Shown here in pieces: positions 10,701-26,752 of a stretch of DNA of 64,000 nt. Origin of the DNA: the human T2T-CHM13v2.0 reference genome, Homo sapiens; assembly GCF_009914755.1 (NCBI RefSeq), contig NC_060932.1; one strand, given 5' to 3'. Positions within the stretch are counted from its first letter, which is position 1, and the number at the start of each line of letters is the position of its first letter. The notes under the pieces are model-generated. The model saw only the letters and a list, made by a program, of their open reading frames with translations, did no database searches and had not been told where the DNA came from. The translations under genes and the position numbers were made by a program.

Positions 10701-11429
10701 TTTGTTGATGGTTTCAAAAAACCCGCTCCTGGATTCATTGATTTTTTGAAGGGATTTTTGGGTCTCTATCTCCTTCAGTTCTGCTCGGATCTTAGTTATT
10801 TCTTGCCTTCTGCTAGCTTTTGAATGTGTTTGCTCTTGCTTCTCTCATCCTTTTAATGGTGATGTTAGGGTATGCATTTTTGATCTTTCCTGCTTTCCCT
10901 TGTGGGCATTTAGTGCTATAAATTTCCCTCTACACACTGCTTTAAATGTGTCCCAGAGATTCTGGTATGTTGTGTCTTTGTTCTCATTGCTTTCAGAGAA
11001 TATCTTTATTTCTGCCTTCATTTCGTTATGTACCCAGTACTCATTCAGGAGCAGCTTGTCCGGTTTCCATGCAGTTGTGCGGTTTTGAGTGAGTTTCTCA
11101 ATCCTGAGGTCTAGTGTGATTGCAATGTGGTCTGAGAGACCGTTTGTAATAATTTCTGTAATTTTACTTTTACTGAGGAGTGCTTTACTTCCAACTATGT
11201 GGTCAATGTGGAAATAAGTGTGATGTGGTGCTGAGAAGAATGTATATTCTGTTGATTTGGGGTGGAGCGTTCTGTACATGTCTCCTAGGTCCGCTTGGTG
11301 CAGAGCTGAGCTCAATTCCCGGATATCCTTTTTTAACTTTCTGTCTCGTTGGTGTGTCTAATGTTGACAGTGGGGTGTTAAGTTTGCCATTATTATTATT
11401 ATTACTATGTGGGAGTCTAAGTCTCTTTT
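7756..11429 (-). mobile_element. 5'-truncated primate L1 (L1PA-type), ~3.7 kb, disrupted ORF2 plus 3'UTR/poly(A), unit 1
   Basis: ORF2 fragments: EN ([11 protein letters not shown]), RT ([21 protein letters not shown]), C-terminus; T-rich tail near 7765; TSD GATCACACTTT at 7745-7755 and 11430-11440 with an EN-like TTT/AAAG site. Confidence 0.95.
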
Positions 11430-11670
11430 GATCACACTTTAAAGACCAAAAGGTAGAAGCGCAAAGACGTTATCTGTCCAATATTACAAACCTAGTAAGT
11501 GGTGGAATTTGGCCTTGAACCCAGATCTGTAACTCCAGAGCCGAAGTGCTTCACCCACCTCCCTGTGGTGCCTCTACAGAAAAAGAGGTAAGCAGGCATT
11601 CCGAAAGCTGGTGGGCCGGGGGGCTGGCCTTGTACTCAGAAGCCATGGAAGTCCCACGTGGGGTGGCTAG

Positions 11671-11877
11671 TGGTGTAAGGACAGAGGTCTCGGATGGGCA
11701 GAGGGATGTGGACAGGCGCGAGGGCGCGCGGCAGGGACTCGGGGGACTGGGAGTGGCGGCTCGGGGCTGCGGGAGGCGATTGGTGGAAGGACAGAGGTCT
11801 GGGAGGGGCAGAGGGATGTGGACAGGCCCGAGGGGCCGCGGCAGGGATTCCGGGGGACCGGGAGTGGGGGGTTGGGG
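11671..11877 (+). repeat. G-rich ~110-bp-period diverged duplication downstream of the stop codon (each unit)
   Basis: aaggacagaggtct..ggcagagggatgtggacaggc..gcggcaggga..ggggac.gggagtgg at 11677 and 11787. Confidence 0.85.
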
Positions 11878-11993
11878 TTACTCTTGGCTTTTTGCCCTCT
11901 CCTGCCGCCGGCTGCTCCAGTTTCTTTCGCTTTGCGGCGAGGTGGGCAGGGTGAGCTCTCGGGACTGATGGCGGTTTTGGAAGAGGCCTGGGG

Positions 11994-14021
11994 CTAAGGA
12001 CAGGCCAGGGCGGCGGGAGAGGCGGACCGGTGGCGTGGCTGGATCTGGGCGCGCTGTCGGACCTTCCACATCACCAGCTGCAGGCAGGCGTTTGCGTCCT
12101 CGCTGGAGTTGTGGCCGTCCTGGCTGTCCTGGATGATCTGTGCCAGGTAGTCGGCCGCGAGATTCCTGAGGGAGCGCTTGTAGGGGAAACCCAGGTAGTG
12201 CGGGAAGAGCACGGCCGTGTCCACCACGGTGCTGTGGATGAGCTTCAGGGCCAGCAGGTCGCTCTCCAGGCTGTGCCCGATGAGGATGGTTTGGGCGCTG
12301 AAAAAGCTCAGCAGGATGGCTTGGACTTGGGGCAACGTGATGCTCGTCTTGGCGACGTCGGCCTCGGTGACTCCGGAAAACCTGGTGTTGTAGTCCACGA
12401 TCTCGTTGTCGGGCTTGACGAAGGTGTCGTACACCACTCGCATGTCGGCGTCCACCACGGTGACGCGGGTCAGCTCTAGGCCATGCGTGGTGTAGCACAT
12501 CTCACAGTCCAAGGCGTAGATTCCTGGATAAGCGTCTCTGGACAACTCTTTCTTGAAGGTCTCCACGAAGCCATCGAGGCTCTCCTTGCGGCCGTCCCGC
12601 ACGTGCTGCTTTGCCACCTGGCAGCCCACAGAGCCAGGAGCAGCTGCACAGCAGGTGTACTGGCTAACCCGGCCTCCAGCCACCTGGCTCGAGCAGACCC
12701 GCCCCCAGTGATAATAACACAACTGGTCGCGTACACAGCGGCCCGAGGAGGACACCAGGTACTCGGTGCCACAACGGCAGCAGACCCTGCAGGAGGAGTC
12801 GCCGGGCCCCTTCCCCTGGCCAGTGAAGAGGACGGCGCCTCCGGGCCGCTCGGGGTGCGGGAAGGGGTAGCCGTTCTCCTTGAGCTGGTCCTGGGTGAGC
12901 AGGAACTCCTGGAGGCGGCTGTACAGGGCGGCCCTGCTGAGGCCGGGCATGGAGCTGGGGGTCAGGCCCTTCAGTCTCTTGAGGGTGTTCAGGACCACGT
13001 TCAGGTACCTGTTCTTGTTGGGGCTGCAGTCGTAGGCCACCTTCTCCTCGTTCAGCGCCTTCTCCTCGGCCTCCTGCTTGGAGGCGCAGAACTTGAGACA
13101 CTCTTCGGTGAACAGTTGGAGATAGCCTCGGCGGAGGACGGTGGGGACTTGGCACCCAGAGCTTCGGAGGATAATGGGTTTCTTCAAACTCAAACTCGGT
13201 AAGGATGCACGACGGACGATTCGCTTAGAGCTGGTGGTGGCGGTGGTCTTGCATGCCATCCCTGACCTGTTGCGCGTCTTCCCTGGCTGTCTGCCGACCT
13301 TGGAGCCACGGGAGCGTTGGCTGCTGCTGGCCACCCGGGTTCTCTTGGCATCTGTGTAACCTGTGACCAAGCAAGGGCTGGAAGAGTGGGCGATCGTCTT
13401 CCTCTTCCTGGGGGCTGAGATGCGGACTCCCGAGGGCCTCTCTGTCAGCCTTGGGGCGGCTGGCAAGCGGCAGGCCGATCCCCTCTGCGCAGGGAAGTAG
13501 CACGACTCCGTCACCATCTTGGGCCACGCTGGGGGCACCGCCGGACCCCTGTTCTGGGGCTCCGCCTGGATGTCCACAAATGCTGAGGCCTGCTTGTGCA
13601 TCTGGGGCACCCAGAGCCCGAAGCTCTGGGCAGGCTGATGAGAGGGCAGTGGGAATTCTGGAGCCTCGAGGGCCGCCTCCTCGGCCACCTTCTTAGCTTC
13701 TGGGTATCCAGGTGGGAACCAGCAGGGAGCTGTGGCTCGCAACATCTTGCTGCCTTCGGGAGCACCGGCCGGGCTCTGCTCCGCTCCCAAATGGCGGCTT
13801 GCCTCCGGGGCCGCCTCCTTGGCCACCTTCTTAGCTTCTGGGTATCCAGGGCGGAACCAGCAGGGAGCTGTGGCTCGCAACATCTTGCTGCCTTCGGGAG
13901 CACCGGCCTGGCTCTGCTCCCCTCCCAAATGGCGGCTTGCCTCCAGGGCCGCCTCCTCGGCCACCTTCTTAGCTTCTGGGTATCCAGGGGGGAACCAGCA
14001 GGGAGCTGTGGCTCGCAACAT
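11994..14021 (-). CDS. REXO1L1: REXO1-like DEDDh 3'-5' exonuclease GOR, 675 aa, intronless retrogene, copy 2 (R443C variant)
   Basis: The track's 690-aa ORF starts at TTG; the first ATG is 14021 ([10 protein letters not shown]...), giving 675 aa. ExoI ALDCEM (D505/E507), ExoII GHSLESD (D588), ExoIII HNSSED (H637/D642); REXO1-like CYYHWGR/YTCC region. Databases often list these loci as pseudogenes. Confidence 0.9.
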   Translation of the reverse strand: MLRATAPCWFPPGYPEAKKVAEEAALEASRHLGGEQSQAGAPEGSKMLRATAPCWFRPGYPEAKKVAKEAAPEASRHLGAEQSPAGAPEGSKMLRATAPCWFPPGYPEAKKVAEEAALEAPEFPLPSHQPAQSFGLWVPQMHKQASAFVDIQAEPQNRGPAVPPAWPKMVTESCYFPAQRGSACRLPAAPRLTERPSGVRISAPRKRKTIAHSSSPCLVTGYTDAKRTRVASSSQRSRGSKVGRQPGKTRNRSGMACKTTATTSSKRIVRRASLPSLSLKKPIILRSSGCQVPTVLRRGYLQLFTEECLKFCASKQEAEEKALNEEKVAYDCSPNKNRYLNVVLNTLKRLKGLTPSSMPGLSRAALYSRLQEFLLTQDQLKENGYPFPHPERPGGAVLFTGQGKGPGDSSCRVCCRCGTEYLVSSSGRCVRDQLCYYHWGRVCSSQVAGGRVSQYTCCAAAPGSVGCQVAKQHVRDGRKESLDGFVETFKKELSRDAYPGIYALDCEMCYTTHGLELTRVTVVDADMRVVYDTFVKPDNEIVDYNTRFSGVTEADVAKTSITLPQVQAILLSFFSAQTILIGHSLESDLLALKLIHSTVVDTAVLFPHYLGFPYKRSLRNLAADYLAQIIQDSQDGHNSSEDANACLQLVMWKVRQRAQIQPRHRSASPAALACP

Positions 14022-14559
14022 CTTGCTGCCTTCGGGAGCACCGGCCTGGCTCTGCTCCTCTCCCAACTGGCGGCTTCAATGAGTGCTGCGGCCGCCACTT
14101 GTCGCCTTTATATAGGCACAGGGCAGACTGGGTGGGACTTCTCCTTGATAGGTTGGTGCTTCAGTCCAATCACACTGAGCCTCATCTTCCACCAGACTCC
14201 AGCTTGGGAATGCCTCAGGGGGTGCGCTAATGGAATCAACTGGAACTCCCGGTTGCTAAACTTGGAGCTAGGTTGCTTTTCCTGAGTTAAGTAACTGTCC
14301 CTGCAGGGCAGTCCTATAATGGCTACTGGAATTGGGCTACCTAGGATTAAATTAAGGTTCAGGGAGGTTGGTCAACTTGCTTGGGCCCACACAGCACCCC
14401 TTGGAGCCAGGACTGGGCCAGCAGTCGGCTGCATGCTGGAGGGCGGGATCCCTCTGGGGCTGCCTTTCCCTGCTCTGTGCACTCCGCCGCTGCGGGCAAA
14501 TTGAGGACAGGAAGCGGACCGCACCCACTTCTCTCCCAGGACTTGGGCAATGTTCAACA

Positions 14560-15447
14560 CAGGTGGTCTTCCAAAGGTTCATAGAAAATGCACATGGTGA
14601 AGAAACTATGCATGGATTTCCACTGGTTTGCACTAAAATAAACTTGTCCTAACTTCTGAAAACCTTTCTGAACTAGATCTAGTTTGAGGCACTAAGAAGG
14701 ATGAGACATCCACTGAAAAGGACTCCCATCAGAGCAACATGAATTCCACGAAAATTGCAGCAAGAGGAAACATCAAATTTATGGTGAAGCTTGGGTGGAA
14801 GATTGAAGAAATCATTGACGTTTTAAGAAAAGCTTGTAAGGACACTACCCCAAAGAAATGAACTCTTTACGAATGTATAGCTTGTTTCAAGAAGAGGTGA
14901 GAAGATGTGGAAGATGAATCCTTCAGTGGCTGTGAAAACCACTGTGCCCAGATCAGCTGCAGTTACGACGAGAGCTATCAGTGGAAATTTTAAACAGGAG
15001 GGATCACGATCCTGACGCATCCCTCTGACAAATTGTAAGCGGCAGTTGGAACATGGCTTCACCAATATGATCTCCAAGGCAAAGCATCATGAAAGCGATG
15101 GCTACCAAGAGGTGGCAGTGGTCCAGTCAAAGGAAAAGGAGGCCAGTCAGGAGCCCACATCATGGCATCAGTGTTTTGGGACACTCAAGGCATTTTGCTT
15201 GTTGACTTTCTGAAAGGCCAAACATCTGCTTATTAGGAGAGTGTTCTGAGAAGCTTAGATAAAGCTTTGGTAGAAACATGCTGGGAAAGTCTCACTAGAT
15301 CCTTGTTCACCACATCAATGCTCTGCTCATTCCTCTCATCAAACAAGGGCAATTTTGTCAGTTTCAATGGGCAGTCCTTAGGAATTCACCTTACGGGCTG
15401 CTTTCATTCCTTCTAAATTCTTTTTGTTTCCTAATGATAAAAAGTCT
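14560..15447 (+). mobile_element. Hsmar2 fragment, unit 2
   Basis: Copy of 2368-3255. Confidence 0.85.
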
Positions 15448-17886
15448 CCTTGCCTTGCTTGGAAAGATGAGAGAAAGTCTCCTTGCCTTGTTTGGACAGA
15501 TGAGAGATGAGATCCTCCTCTTCTCTCCCAGGACAGAATGGTGAGACTTGAGTTTCCTTTCTCCTCACTCTTCTCCTCCTTGAGGGAGCTGCTGTGCCGG
15601 ACAGACCTGCCCCCGTGTCTAGACACTGGTAGACTCGTTTAAGTTCCTCACAGGCAATCCTCCATGGGGTCAAAGTGGAAGGACTTATTTCTTCAGGGCT
15701 CAGTAGTCCACATCCTGGCGCGCACCTTCACCAGCCCAGGGCGGGGTAGAGGAGGGTGAAAGGGCGTGGCTCAGAGCCCGCTTCTTCCGCTCGGGCGTAT
15801 CCTGGGAGGAACCCTTGTCCGGTGAGCATGTCTTCGTCTCTACCAAATTCCCTAGTGGGACATTTCTGGCAGCCCTACTTGTTCAGCAGCTTACGGGGGT
15901 CAGGTGGACCTCTGCTAGTCACCAGCCTGAAGCCCTTTCTCCATTTCAGCTATTTTGGCAGTTGCCTAGGTGACTTTTGAACCTCATTATCCAGAACAGC
16001 AAACGGACGAGGGGTGAGAAGAGTGGCCGTCTGGGTTTGCAGCATAGTGCTGCCTTCTAGGAGTTGTGCAGTCTTCGATTGTGTGAAACTTCACCTGGCT
16101 GATTTGTGGCAATGCCTCCACAAATTCGCTAAATTCAGTAGCTTTTGCCTTCCAAGATTCATTTACACAATGTTGAATGCTTTAAATGAATGAGCATGAA
16201 GAGTGCTGGGCTGGAAAGTGATGAGATGGGTGGTAGGGACTCCTCGGAGTAGAGGAGTAGAGTTTTACTATTATGACTAGGAGGCAAATAAAAAGAAGCT
16301 GAACGTGATCCATAATAAAAGAAGCACACACTCACAGAGCTCCATACCAACTACATTAAAATGGAAATCATGATATTTGGAAATACAACTTAATTGGAAA
16401 TCATTAAGTAATCTCATCAACCTTTTTACAGTGGGTGGCAGGGCTATGGAGGGAAAACAGCAATGGTTCTGGCACCTACTTAACTTGATTCCATTAAATT
16501 CACCCAACAGGCCTCCAGAGAACATATTACTGCTTTGATATTACAAAGGGAAAAACAGCTATGGCGTCTCTGAAAAGCACAACGTGCTAGGACTGGAATG
16601 ACTTTAAAACCACACATAAATTTCTGAGAGATTTTTGCCATAAGGTACCATCCACCTTACTGTAAACCACATCCTAAAATTGTCTGCAGTGCAAATGGAT
16701 TATGTGCATCCAACAGGAAACAGCATAGGTTGAGAAGCTGTTACTTAATAGCTTCATTGTCACCACGAGTGTAAAGTGTGGGGTCTCATCACTTTTGCAC
16801 CCACGTTTTGCCTGTTGGTTTCTCCACACTGTCAGGAGCATTTGACCAACTCACTGTGGCTCAGGGTCCCTTACGCAGCCTGTTGGGGAAACCAGTGGGT
16901 ATTGAAGACCTGCCTCTGGTGTGCCAGGAGGTTGTGCCTGCCGGCCACTCTGACTTGCGATCTTCCGCCTCAGTGTATGGCTTCCTACACCTGGGTAATT
17001 AACATAGCCAGCATGATAAGGAGGTCCTTTCATCACTATTGCCACTAGTCCTTCCGACTCCTGTGCCCTGTTTCTCCTTTATTGGAACCCAAGAACGAGT
17101 AAACATAGCATTTTCAAACATCCCGCCCCCTTCCCTGGTAACACCAATATTCCACCATCCTAATTCCCTCACAAGCATTCAGTCTCTCCACCCTGAGGTG
17201 GTGAAATCCCTGCAGGCATTTATAAGTATACCTGGACAGAAGAAATACAAGATACCGTTCTATTAACTCAATATAGTGTTGCTAAGTTCGTACTTGTGCT
17301 TGGTTTATGTTATTTTATAAATACGTATCACTCGCATGGTTCCAAATGCGGTAGGCACAGAGAGTATATATGATGGAATTACATCCTCCTTCCCTGCACT
17401 CAGCAACCGAGATCTTCCCGCTACGGGCACTCAAAGGTTTCATTGTCTGAAATATCAGCCTAAACGTAGTTTATGTTTAGGAAGCAACAACCGTAAATAG
17501 GCCCACATCCAAACGGAGTGGATTTAGGTTTCACTTTTTCAAGGAAAAACCATCAAAGAATTTTTCCACATACTTATAAACCATCCCACGTATAGAATCC
17601 ATTTTTACTGACACAAATTTAGTACCAATAAACGACTCTTCTTCTCAATTTGTTTTATTTAACAATAAGTCTTGAACGTCATTCCCAGTTAACATTTTGA
17701 AGAGTTTCCTCTCTTTCGTTCTGTTTTAGCTGCAAAGTATTCTTCCGTAAGGATGAACGTACTATAATTTATTAGCCAGCCACTTAGTGATGTACAATTA
17801 AGCAGTTTTAAATCTTTGACTCTTGAAAATATTGTTTCTCACACATAAATATTTCTATAAAATAAATTAGTTGAATTAGAATTGTT

Positions 17887-18099
17887 GGAGTTCAAGACCA
17901 GCCTGGCCAACATGGTGAAACCCCATCTCTACTAGAAACACAAAATTAGCCGGACATGCCGGTACATGCCTCTAATCTCAGGTGAGGCAGGAGAATCACT
18001 TCAACCTGGGAGGCAGAGGTTGTAGTGACTCGAAATCACGCCACTGCACTCCAGCCTGGGCGACGCGAGCGAAACTCTGTCTCAAAAAACCAAAAAAAA
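17887..18099 (+). mobile_element. 5'-truncated Alu, unit 2
   Basis: Copy of 5695-5907. Confidence 0.9.
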
Positions 18100-18227
18100 T
18101 TAAACATAAAAAGAAAAGCGGTACATATACCCAATAGAACACAATTCAGCCTTAAAAAAGAAAGAAATCATCTCATTGGCAACACGAATGAGCCTAGAGG
18201 ATGGTACACTGAGTGAAAGAAAGCAAA

Positions 18228-18541
18228 GGCCAGGCACGGTGGCTCATGCCTGTAATCCCAGTACTTTGGGAGGCCAAGGCAGGTGGAAGCGTTGAGCCCA
18301 GGAGTTGGAGATGAACCTGGGCAACATGGTGAAACCCCATCTCTAAAAGAAACACAAAAATTAGCCAAGTGTGGCGTTGGACGCCTGTAGTCCTAGCTAT
18401 TCAGGAGGCTGAAGCGGGAGGAACTCTCGACCCCGGGAGGTGGAGGCCGTGGTGGGTGAGTGAGCCGTGTTTGTGTCACTGTACTCCAGCCTGGGTGACA
18501 GACTGAGACCCTGTCTCAAAAAATAAATAATTACATAATAA
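18228..18541 (+). mobile_element. Alu (AluJ-like), unit 2
   Basis: Copy of 6036-6346 with a 4-bp insertion. Confidence 0.9.
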
Positions 18542-19950
18542 AATTTAAAAAGCAAGCACAAAAAGACAAATACTGCATGATCTCACTTATATGTGCAATC
18601 TCAAACAATGCAACTCATAGCTGTAGAGAGCAGAACGGTGGTTACCCGAGGCAGGGGTCAGGGAGGGACTGGAGAGATGATAGTCTCATGATACAAAATT
18701 TCAGAGAGGAATGGTTCTAGAGATCTATTGAACAGCCTGGCATCTACAGTGTATAAGTATGTATTGTATACTTGAAAATTGCTATAAGAGTAGATTTTAG
18801 ACATGTCCTCATCACATTAAAATCAGTATGTGAGGAAACGAGTGTGTTAATTAGCTTGATTTTGTCATTCCACAATGTATACACGTATGAAACATCATGT
18901 TGTATGCCATAAATATATATAATTTTTATTTGTCAAGTTAAAATTAAAATTCATATAAATTATAAAAATAAAATGAAATAACATACACTACAAAAGACGT
19001 TTATTTATTAAATCCCCACAGAAGGGGTCTAAGTGATAAAGGAAAATAAAATTCCGGGAACGGTAAAATCAATCAGAAATGCCCTACTTCAGTGCTTTCC
19101 GAAATTTGTCTGACAGAGTGGAAATCCAGTTTTTCACTAAGTCACTGTTCTGGAACAGTTTGTGTGTGTGTATGTATGTGTGTGAGGGCTCACATACACA
19201 AATTGAACTAATGGAAGTGTAAGCATTCAAATTATCAGTTTAATTTAGTTCTATACATATACACACACACACACTCACACACCGAAAACATTGATAAAAT
19301 CAGCCATTCCAGCAAAACTAGCTACTTAGTGTCTATCTCTCCTTGAAGATTCAAACTAGAAATGAGGATTTAGAGAGGCATGATGGTTCGTTCTCTCTTG
19401 GAGCCCAGTTCGAAGTTGACTGACTGATTCAGTCATTGTAATTGGTTGGTCTTGGGGAAGAATCCACTTTGACTCTTGGGAAGTCAGCTAGGTCAGCGGA
19501 CAGAGCAGGGGCTCTGGAGCCAGACTGCCTGCACCCGACTTCTAGCTATGATACCTTGGATAAACTACTTATCACCTGGGCTTCAGGTTCCTCATCTGTA
19601 AAATGGGGATAAGAATGCTATCTCTCTCACAACTATTAGGAGGACTGACTGGGTTAATACGTGCAAAGTACCAAGTACATAAGAAACCAACAGCCAGTGC
19701 TCATTACAATCATTATTATTTTGGGCAAGTTAAGCCGCATGGTTTCTTTAGGTATAAAATTAGGCTTTATTTACCTACCTGTTGGGTTGTTCCAAGGATT
19801 AATCACATAGTGTTCATGAATTCCCTTTATAAACTATTATACAAAAGAAATATAGTTAACATTAATTGAACACCTACTATGTGCGATCGTTTTAAGGCTT
19901 GCCATGTGCTGCTTCATTCAGTCCGCACCATGACATTAGGATCACACTTT

Positions 19951-23622
<3,672 letters not shown>

Positions 23623-24186
23623 GATCACACTTTAAAGACCAAAAGGTAGAAGCGCAAAGACGTCATCTGTCCAATATTACAAACCTAGTAAGTGGTGGAA
23701 TTTGGCCTTGAACCCAGATCTGTAACTCCAGAGCCGAAGTGCTTCACCCACCTCCCTGTGGTGCCTCTACAGAAAAAGAGGTAAGCAGGCATTCCGAAAG
23801 CTGGTGGGCCGGGGGGCTGGCCTTGTACTCAGAAGCCATGGAAGTCCCACGTGGGGTGGCTAGTGGTGTAAGGACAGAGGTCTCGGATGGGCAGAGGGAT
23901 GTGGACAGGCGCGAGGGCGCGCGGCAGGGACTCGGGGGACTGGGAGTGGCGGCTCGGGGCTGCGGGAGGCGATTGGTGGAAGGACAGAGGTCTGGGAGGG
24001 GCAGAGGGATGTGGACAGGCCCGAGGGGCCGCGGCAGGGATTCCGGGGGACCGGGAGTGGGGGGTTGGGGTTACTCTTGGCTTTTTGCCCTCTCCTGCCG
24101 CCGGCTGCTCCAGTTTCTTTCGCTTTGCGGCGAGGTGGGCAGGGTGAGCTCTCGGGACTGATGGCGGTTTTGGAAGAGGCCTGGGG

Positions 24187-26214
24187 CTAAGGACAGGCCA
24201 GGGCGGCGGGAGAGGCGGACCGGTGGCGTGGCTGGATCTGGGCGCGCTGTCGGACCTTCCACATCACCAGCTGCAGGCAGGCGTTTGCGTCCTCGCTGGA
24301 GTTGTGGCCGTCCTGGCTGTCCTGGATGATCTGTGCCAGGTAGTCGGCCGCGAGATTCCTGAGGGAGCGCTTGTAGGGGAAACCCAGGTAGTGCGGGAAG
24401 AGCACGGCCGTGTCCACCACGGTGCTGTGGATGAGCTTCAGGGCCAGCAGGTCGCTCTCCAGGCTGTGCCCGATGAGGATGGTTTGGGCGCTGAAAAAGC
24501 TCAGCAGGATGGCTTGGACTTGGGGCAACGTGATGCTCGTCTTGGCGACGTCGGCCTCGGTGACTCCGGAAAACCTGGTGTTGTAGTCCACGATCTCGTT
24601 GTCGGGCTTGACGAAGGTGTCGTACACCACTCGCATGTCGGCGTCCACCACGGTGACGCGGGTCAGCTCTAGGCCATGCGTGGTGTAGCACATCTCACAG
24701 TCCAAGGCGTAGATTCCTGGATAAGCGTCTCTGGACAACTCTTTCTTGAAGGTCTCCACGAAGCCATCGAGGCTCTCCTTGCGGCCGTCCCGCACGTGCT
24801 GCTTTGCCACCTGGCAGCCCACAGAGCCAGGAGCAGCTGCACAGCAGGTGTACTGGCTAACCCGGCCTCCAGCCACCTGGCTCGAGCGGACCCGCCCCCA
24901 GTGATAATAACACAACTGGTCGCGTACACAGCGGCCCGAGGAGGACACCAGGTACTCGGTGCCACAACGGCAGCAGACCCTGCAGGAGGAGTCGCCGGGC
25001 CCCTTCCCCTGGCCAGTGAAGAGGACGGCGCCTCCGGGCCGCTCGGGGTGCGGGAAGGGGTAGCCGTTCTCCTTGAGCTGGTCCTGGGTGAGCAGGAACT
25101 CCTGGAGGCGGCTGTACAGGGCGGCCCTGCTGAGGCCGGGCATGGAGCTGGGGGTCAGGCCCTTCAGTCTCTTGAGGGTGTTCAGGACCACGTTCAGGTA
25201 CCTGTTCTTGTTGGGGCTGCAGTCGTAGGCCACCTTCTCCTCGTTCAGCGCCTTCTCCTCGGCCTCCTGCTTGGAGGCGCAGAACTTGAGACACTCTTCG
25301 GTGAACAGTTGGAGATAGCCTCGGCGGAGGACGGTGGGGACTTGGCACCCAGAGCTTCGGAGGATAATGGGTTTCTTCAAACTCAAACTCGGTAAGGATG
25401 CACGACGGACGATTCGCTTAGAGCTGGTGGTGGCGGTGGTCTTGCATGCCATCCCTGACCTGTTGCGCGTCTTCCCTGGCTGTCTGCCGACCTTGGAGCC
25501 ACGGGAGCGTTGGCTGCTGCTGGCCACCCGGGTTCTCTTGGCATCTGTGTAACCTGTGACCAAGCAAGGGCTGGAAGAGTGGGCGATCGTCTTCCTCTTC
25601 CTGGGGGCTGAGATGCGGACTCCCGAGGGCCTCTCTGTCAGCCTTGGGGCGGCTGGCAAGCGGCAGGCCGATCCCCTCTGCGCAGGGAAGTAGCACGACT
25701 CCGTCACCATCTTGGGCCACGCTGGGGGCACCGCCGGACCCCTGTTCTGGGGCTCCGCCTGGATGTCCACAAATGCTGAGGCCTGCTTGTGCATCTGGGG
25801 CACCCAGAGCCCGAAGCTCTGGGCAGGCTGATGAGAGGGCAGTGGGAATTCTGGAGCCTCGAGGGCCGCCTCCTCGGCCACCTTCTTAGCTTCTGGGTAT
25901 CCAGGTGGGAACCAGCAGGGAGCTGTGGCTCGCAACATCTTGCTGCCTTCGGGAGCACCGGCCGGGCTCTGCTCCGCTCCCAAATGGCGGCTTGCCTCCG
26001 GGGCCGCCTCCTTGGCCACCTTCTTAGCTTCTGGGTATCCAGGGCGGAACCAGCAGGGAGCTGTGGCTCGTAACATCTTGCTGCCTTCGGGAGCACCGGC
26101 CTGGCTCTGCTCCCCTCCCAAATGGCGGCTTGCCTCCAGGGCCGCCTCCTCGGCCACCTTCTTAGCTTCTGGGTATCCAGGGGGGAACCAGCAGGGAGCT
26201 GTGGCTCGCAACAT
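24187..26214 (-). CDS. REXO1L1: REXO1-like exonuclease GOR, 675 aa, copy 3
   Basis: Intact ORF; R443; synonymous L48 TTG>TTA at 26071. Confidence 0.9.
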   Translation of the reverse strand: MLRATAPCWFPPGYPEAKKVAEEAALEASRHLGGEQSQAGAPEGSKMLRATAPCWFRPGYPEAKKVAKEAAPEASRHLGAEQSPAGAPEGSKMLRATAPCWFPPGYPEAKKVAEEAALEAPEFPLPSHQPAQSFGLWVPQMHKQASAFVDIQAEPQNRGPAVPPAWPKMVTESCYFPAQRGSACRLPAAPRLTERPSGVRISAPRKRKTIAHSSSPCLVTGYTDAKRTRVASSSQRSRGSKVGRQPGKTRNRSGMACKTTATTSSKRIVRRASLPSLSLKKPIILRSSGCQVPTVLRRGYLQLFTEECLKFCASKQEAEEKALNEEKVAYDCSPNKNRYLNVVLNTLKRLKGLTPSSMPGLSRAALYSRLQEFLLTQDQLKENGYPFPHPERPGGAVLFTGQGKGPGDSSCRVCCRCGTEYLVSSSGRCVRDQLCYYHWGRVRSSQVAGGRVSQYTCCAAAPGSVGCQVAKQHVRDGRKESLDGFVETFKKELSRDAYPGIYALDCEMCYTTHGLELTRVTVVDADMRVVYDTFVKPDNEIVDYNTRFSGVTEADVAKTSITLPQVQAILLSFFSAQTILIGHSLESDLLALKLIHSTVVDTAVLFPHYLGFPYKRSLRNLAADYLAQIIQDSQDGHNSSEDANACLQLVMWKVRQRAQIQPRHRSASPAALACP

Positions 26215-26752
26215 CTTGCTGCCTTCGGGAGCACCGGCCTGGCTCTGCTCCTCTCCCAACTGGCGGCTTCAATGAGTGCTGCGGCCGCCACTTGTCGCCT
26301 TTATATAGGCACAGGGCAGACTGGGTGGGACTTCTCCTTGATAGGTTGGTGCTTCAGTCCAATCACACTGAGCCTCATCTTCCACCAGACTCCAGCTTGG
26401 GAATGCCTCAGGGGGTGCGCTAATGGAATCAACTGGAACTCCCGGTTGCTAAACTTGGAGCTAGGTTGCTTTTCCTGAGTTAAGTAACTGTCCCTGCAGG
26501 GCAGTCCTATAATGGCTACTGGAATTGGGCTACCTAGGATTAAATTAAGGTTCAGGGAGGTTGGTCAACTTGCTTGGGCCCACAAAGCACCCCTTGGAGC
26601 CAGGACTGGGCCAGCAGTCTGCTGCATGCTGGAGGGCGGGATCCCTCTGGGGCTGCCTTTCCCTGCTCTGTGCACTCCGCCGCTGCGGGCAAATTGAGGA
26701 CAGGAAGCGGACCGCACCCACTTCTCTCCCAGGACTTGGGCAATGTTCAACA

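Larger units (their letters stand above)
11670..14100. other. GC/CpG-rich island covering the gene body and 3' tail (each unit)
   Basis: High density of CG dinucleotides compared with the AT-rich spacer, judged by eye. Confidence 0.75.

Noticed and set aside
7973-11315. L1 ORF2 fragments as an active reverse transcriptase or a novel RT-nuclease system
   Set aside because: 5'-truncated, fragmented by stops and frameshifts, and lacking ORF1 and promoter; a passenger of the tandem duplication.
14022-14066. 15-aa N-terminal extension of the 690-aa ORF call
   Set aside because: Starts at TTG inside the 5'UTR part of the 138-bp repeat; the first ATG at 14021 is the plausible eukaryotic start.
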